Source: Patescibacteria group bacterium
GTDB lineage: Bacteria; Patescibacteriota; Patescibacteriia; 2-01-FULL-39-33
Length of the DNA: 56,731 nucleotides
Assembly (NCBI GenBank): GCA_038065695.1
Contig: JBBTQN010000020.1
Span: 1-56,731, forward strand
Direction of reading: 5' to 3'
The number at the start of each line of letters is the position of its first letter. Position 1 is the first letter of the stretch. The notes beneath the pieces are model-generated. The model was given only the letters and a program-made list of their open reading frames with translations. It ran no database searches and was not told where the DNA came from. Of this stretch, positions 53,853-56,731 are shown one piece after another. The position numbers and the translations under genes are program-made.

Positions 53853-54197
53853 ATGAAGATAGAAAAATTTGAAGATATAATCGCTTGGAAAAAAGCCGGG
53901 GAATTGTCATATACTATTTATCAAAATTTTAAAAACTGTAGAGATTTTAGTTTAAGGGATCAAATTCAGAGAGCGGCAGTTTCAATAATGAATAATGTTG
54001 CTGAGGGTTTTGAAAGACGCACAAATAAAGATTTTAAAAATTTTCTTTTTATGGCAAAAGGTTCTTGTGGTGAAGTAAGATCAATACTTTATTTGTCATT
54101 TAAATTAGAATATATAAATTCTAAACAATTTAAAGGAAGCTACGATTTATCCGTGGAAATTTCAAAATTATTGTCCGGTTTGATAAAAACTTTATAA
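53853..54197 (+). CDS. Four-helix-bundle protein (23S rRNA intervening-sequence protein family)
   Basis: Typical family pattern: FEDIIAWKKAGELSYTIYQ...DQIQRAAVSIMNNVAEGFER...FLFMAKGSCGEVRS. Confidence 0.85.
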   Translation: MKIEKFEDIIAWKKAGELSYTIYQNFKNCRDFSLRDQIQRAAVSIMNNVAEGFERRTNKDFKNFLFMAKGSCGEVRSILYLSFKLEYINSKQFKGSYDLSVEISKLLSGLIKTL

Positions 54198-54225
54198 CTT
54201 TATAAACTTTATGAACTTTATAAAC
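54190..54225 (-). repeat. 9-mer tandem array, right flank, inverted relative to 53811..53846
   Basis: ctttataa ctttataaa ctttatgaa ctttataaa. It overlaps the stop of the 4HB gene and the ATG of the next gene. Confidence 0.8.
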
Positions 54226-55179
54226 TATAGAAAATGTTTATTTTTCTTGATTTGTTTTGTTTCAGTTTTCTTTTTTTCAATTTTTTCCGTTTCCGCCGCG
54301 ACGATTTCTCCGCCCATTATTGAAGTCGAGGTTGACCCCGGCCAGTCAGTTACTAAAACCATCAAAGTTTTTAACGAGACTGACAGCGATATCGCGGTCA
54401 AGGGCTATTTGGAGCTCTTCAAACCAAAGGGGGAAAGGGGAGAGGTGGAAATTTTGCCGCCGGAAATCGGCGGGCAGGTTTTATCTTGGGTGAAGTTGCC
54501 GTTAAATTCAGTTTCTTTGGAGCCAAGCGAAATAGTTGAAGCGCCGGTGATAATTACTATTCCCAAAAACATCCCGGTCGGCGGCTACTATGTCGCGGCA
54601 ATGTGGGAATCGTCCGCTTTTCCGGCTGACCAAACAAAACAAGTAAAAATTAACAGCCGGGTCGGCGTTTTGCTTCTCATCCGAGTCAAAGGCGAAGCGA
54701 AAGAAGAGCTGTCGATTCTGAATTTTCAAGCCGTCGGCGCGAGTCCTTTCTGGGGCGAAAATTTTTACCGCCGTTTGCCGGTGAACTTTTACGCCCGTTT
54801 GGAAAATACCGGCAATGTCCATTTGAAGCCGACGGGTTTGGTGATTATTAAAAATATTTTCGGCCGGGTGGCGGCAAGCATCCCTTTTAATTCTGACGGC
54901 CGATATATTTTACCGCAAAGCAAAAAGCAATTTGACTCGGTTTGGTCAAAGGGCGGCAATAGCGGCAGCGGCTTTTGGCCAGGCCTCAAAGCGGAAATCA
55001 CCGGACTTTCCCTCGGCCGGTATACGGCCCAGGTCCAAGTGGATTATGGCGCGAAAAAGGAACGGCTATATTCGGGCGAGGCGAGTTTCTGGGTGGTGCC
55101 GTGGCGGACAATTCTGATGGCGGGAATTATTTTATTTATAGTTGTTATTTTTAGAAAGATTTTTAGATCAAGAAAATAA
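54211..55179 (+). CDS. Cell-surface protein, DUF916/CscA-like, with a C-terminal TM anchor
   Basis: Signal peptide, ISPPIIEVEVDPGQSVTKTIKVFNETD (Ig-like chaperone or surface fold pattern), and C-terminal MAGIILFIVVIFRKIFRSRK. The family call is from memory. Confidence 0.55.
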   Translation: MNFINYRKCLFFLICFVSVFFFSIFSVSAATISPPIIEVEVDPGQSVTKTIKVFNETDSDIAVKGYLELFKPKGERGEVEILPPEIGGQVLSWVKLPLNSVSLEPSEIVEAPVIITIPKNIPVGGYYVAAMWESSAFPADQTKQVKINSRVGVLLLIRVKGEAKEELSILNFQAVGASPFWGENFYRRLPVNFYARLENTGNVHLKPTGLVIIKNIFGRVAASIPFNSDGRYILPQSKKQFDSVWSKGGNSGSGFWPGLKAEITGLSLGRYTAQVQVDYGAKKERLYSGEASFWVVPWRTILMAGIILFIVVIFRKIFRSRK

Positions 55180-55183
55180 AAAT

Positions 55184-55279
55184 CCCCCCTCCTTGTTTTA
55201 AGGAGGGGGCGAGGGGGAGGTCTTGAAATAATTTTATCTTAAGACCCCTCCCTACCCTCCCCTTAAAACAAGGGGAGGG
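55184..55279. repeat. Composite CCCCTCC/GGAGGGG palindromic element
   Basis: cccccctccttgttttaaggaggggg cgagggggaggtc ... gacccctccctaccctccccttaaaacaaggggaggg. Confidence 0.75.
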
Positions 55280-55287
55280 ACGACTTT

Positions 55288-56731
55288 ATGAAGAAATTTT
55301 TATTTATATCAATAATTCTGATCGCTTTCGTGGTCTTTGGCCATTTCGTTTTCGCCGACACCCAATCCGGCAGTGTGGATGTGACGGCGACCGTGCCGTC
55401 CTCGGTTGCTTGCGGCAATGGCGTAATTGAGGGCAGCGAGGCCTGCGATAACGGGGCCAGTAATGGCGTGTGTTCAGCGACCTGTTCTTCAAGTTGTACG
55501 GTAAATAGTTGTGGCGGCGGCGGTCCGCCTCCTCCGCCTCCGCCGCCACCTCCCTGCGAAGGCGATGATTGCCCTCCTCCGCCTCCTCCGCCTCCGCCGC
55601 CACCTCCCTGCGAAGGCGATGATTGTTTTCCGCCGCCCCAACCGCCATGCGAAGGAGAAGATTGTCCGCCTCCTCCCCCACCCCCACCCCCTCCTTGCGA
55701 AGGCGAGAGTTGCATTCCGCCGCCGATTCTCCCTCCGCCGCCGCCCGGCTACAGCCCCACCCAACAATACCCCGTTTATTATTTTTATGTGAGTGGCGGC
55801 CTCCAAATTTTTCCCGTCCAGAATTCGCTTTATATTTTGAGCGGCTATGATTTGACGATCAGGACCATCAAAAGCTTATTGCCCAAACCGGCTTCTTTAA
55901 TTGCCGCCACTTTTAATCAGGAAAATTATTTTTTGGTTTTAAATGAAAGCCAGGATTTTTATCAGGCAAAAATAAAAATGCCGACGAATCCAGGCAGTTT
56001 TATTTTGGTTATTAAAACCAATTATGAAGATGATTCCTCGGTCGTTCAAAATTGGCAAGTGGTGGTCAGCCCTTGGGGGCAGGTATATTATCAGACGCCG
56101 AAAGGCGAAGAAGAGTCATTGCCGCAAGCGACCGTTTCCATTTATAAAGACGGCGTTTTGGTGGGCGAATATGAAATCAATAATCCGCAAGAAACGGATC
56201 AGGCGGGTCAATACGGCTTTATGGCGCCGAACGGCCGCTACACTTTGAAAATAAACAAAAAAAATTATTGGCCGTACAGCCGGGAAATCAGCGTGGAAAA
56301 TAATCTCGTCAATTATCGGATCACTTTGACGGAAATGCCGAAGGTCGTCCAGAATATTCAAAAATTGATTCAAAACCCGCTCACCCAAAAAGCAAATCGA
56401 TATACTTCTCCGGCTGTTGCCACCGCCATCACCATCAACGCGGCCTTTGCCATTCCTTGGTGGAATTTTATCCAATATCTCACCTATCTATTCACCGAGC
56501 CATTCGCCTTCCTCTTCCGCCGGCGCCGGAAAAATTGGGGTACGGTCTATAACTCCATCACCAAGGCGCCGATTGATTTGGCGGTGGTGCGGCTCTATCA
56601 GGCCGACAGCAAGAAACTTTTGCGTTCCCGCGTTACCGATAAAAACGGGCGATACAGTTTCTTAGTCAATGAAGGCCGGTATTATTTGGAAGTGGTCAAG
56701 CCGAAATTTGATTTTCCTTCCGAGATTTTAA
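55288..56731 (+). CDS. Large secreted protein with a Cys-rich repeat, four polyproline-CEGxxC repeats and carboxypeptidase-regulatory-like beta domains; the 3' end runs off the window
   Basis: Open frame not in the ORF track because it has no stop in-window. Translation: MKKFLFISIILIAFVVFGHFVFA..CGNGVIEGSEACDNG..PPPPPPPPPPCEGDDC (x4 variants)..GRYTLKINKKNYW..DKNGRYSFLVNEGRYYLEV. Confidence 0.8.
   Translation, partial: MKKFLFISIILIAFVVFGHFVFADTQSGSVDVTATVPSSVACGNGVIEGSEACDNGASNGVCSATCSSSCTVNSCGGGGPPPPPPPPPPCEGDDCPPPPPPPPPPPPCEGDDCFPPPQPPCEGEDCPPPPPPPPPPCEGESCIPPPILPPPPPGYSPTQQYPVYYFYVSGGLQIFPVQNSLYILSGYDLTIRTIKSLLPKPASLIAATFNQENYFLVLNESQDFYQAKIKMPTNPGSFILVIKTNYEDDSSVVQNWQVVVSPWGQVYYQTPKGEEESLPQATVSIYKDGVLVGEYEINNPQETDQAGQYGFMAPNGRYTLKINKKNYWPYSREISVENNLVNYRITLTEMPKVVQNIQKLIQNPLTQKANRYTSPAVATAITINAAFAIPWWNFIQYLTYLFTEPFAFLFRRRRKNWGTVYNSITKAPIDLAVVRLYQADSKKLLRSRVTDKNGRYSFLVNEGRYYLEVVKPKFDFPSEIL
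55511..55746 (+). repeat. GC-rich coding tandem repeat (polyPro-CEGDDC units)
   Basis: ccgcctcc/gccgccacctccctgcgaaggcgatgattg recurs with variations. Its antisense frames yield the spurious poly-Gly and poly-Arg ORFs in the track. Confidence 0.85.

Noticed and set aside
31196-54225. Possibility that the short tandem arrays are CRISPR arrays
   Set aside because: The periods are only 7-9 bp with no unique spacers. Repeat units are far shorter than CRISPR repeats and no cas genes are present.
55263-55806. Poly-Gly, poly-Arg and related ORFs on both strands over the GC-rich repeat
   Set aside because: They are alternative frames of the polyproline-CEGDDC coding repeat. The frame starting at 55288 has a signal peptide and continues open to the window end.

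Overview
The window has a conserved housekeeping backbone: S1 protein, thrS, argS, ileS, ruvA, murE, rpoB and rpoC. The gene content suggests a small-genome, CPR/Patescibacteria-like bacterium using the standard genetic code, but this taxonomic call is tentative. Several accessory blocks interrupt the backbone. (1) A 1.5-11 kb island is bracketed by two diverged paralogous lipoprotein genes. It holds a radical SAM/SPASM enzyme with an unannotated 31-aa Cys-rich peptide gene, an MFS exporter, a methyltransferase, an HExxH protein, a FadL-like beta-barrel and two Cys-rich secreted proteins. (2) An IS30 transposase gene. (3) A 12.8-20.3 kb biosynthetic block. It has a split ThDP decarboxylase, four SAM methyltransferases, an atypical radical-SAM-like enzyme, and a second SPASM maturase next to a 68-aa precursor with a Cys/Gly-rich tail. 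(4) The 3' end of a histidine kinase gene is present three times, with Fic and RhuM-Doc genes between the copies, followed by an MNT/HEPN pair. (5) A diversity-generating retroelement has a clear adenine-specific VR/TR mismatch pattern, but its reverse transcriptase has lost the catalytic core. (6) ileS carries an embedded histidine-phosphatase domain. (7) A surface-protein operon is interrupted by a four-helix-bundle gene flanked by inverted 9-mer arrays. Several noncoding repeat families run through the window: a shared GCCATCC..GGATGGC terminator hairpin, composite CCCCTCC/GGAGGGG palindromic elements, GAGACG..CGTCTC hairpins, and locus-specific 7-9 bp tandem arrays that also sit in-frame inside ileS and murE. 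I recognised no rRNA, tRNA or CRISPR array. All calls come from reading the sequence and translations by eye; no searches were run.
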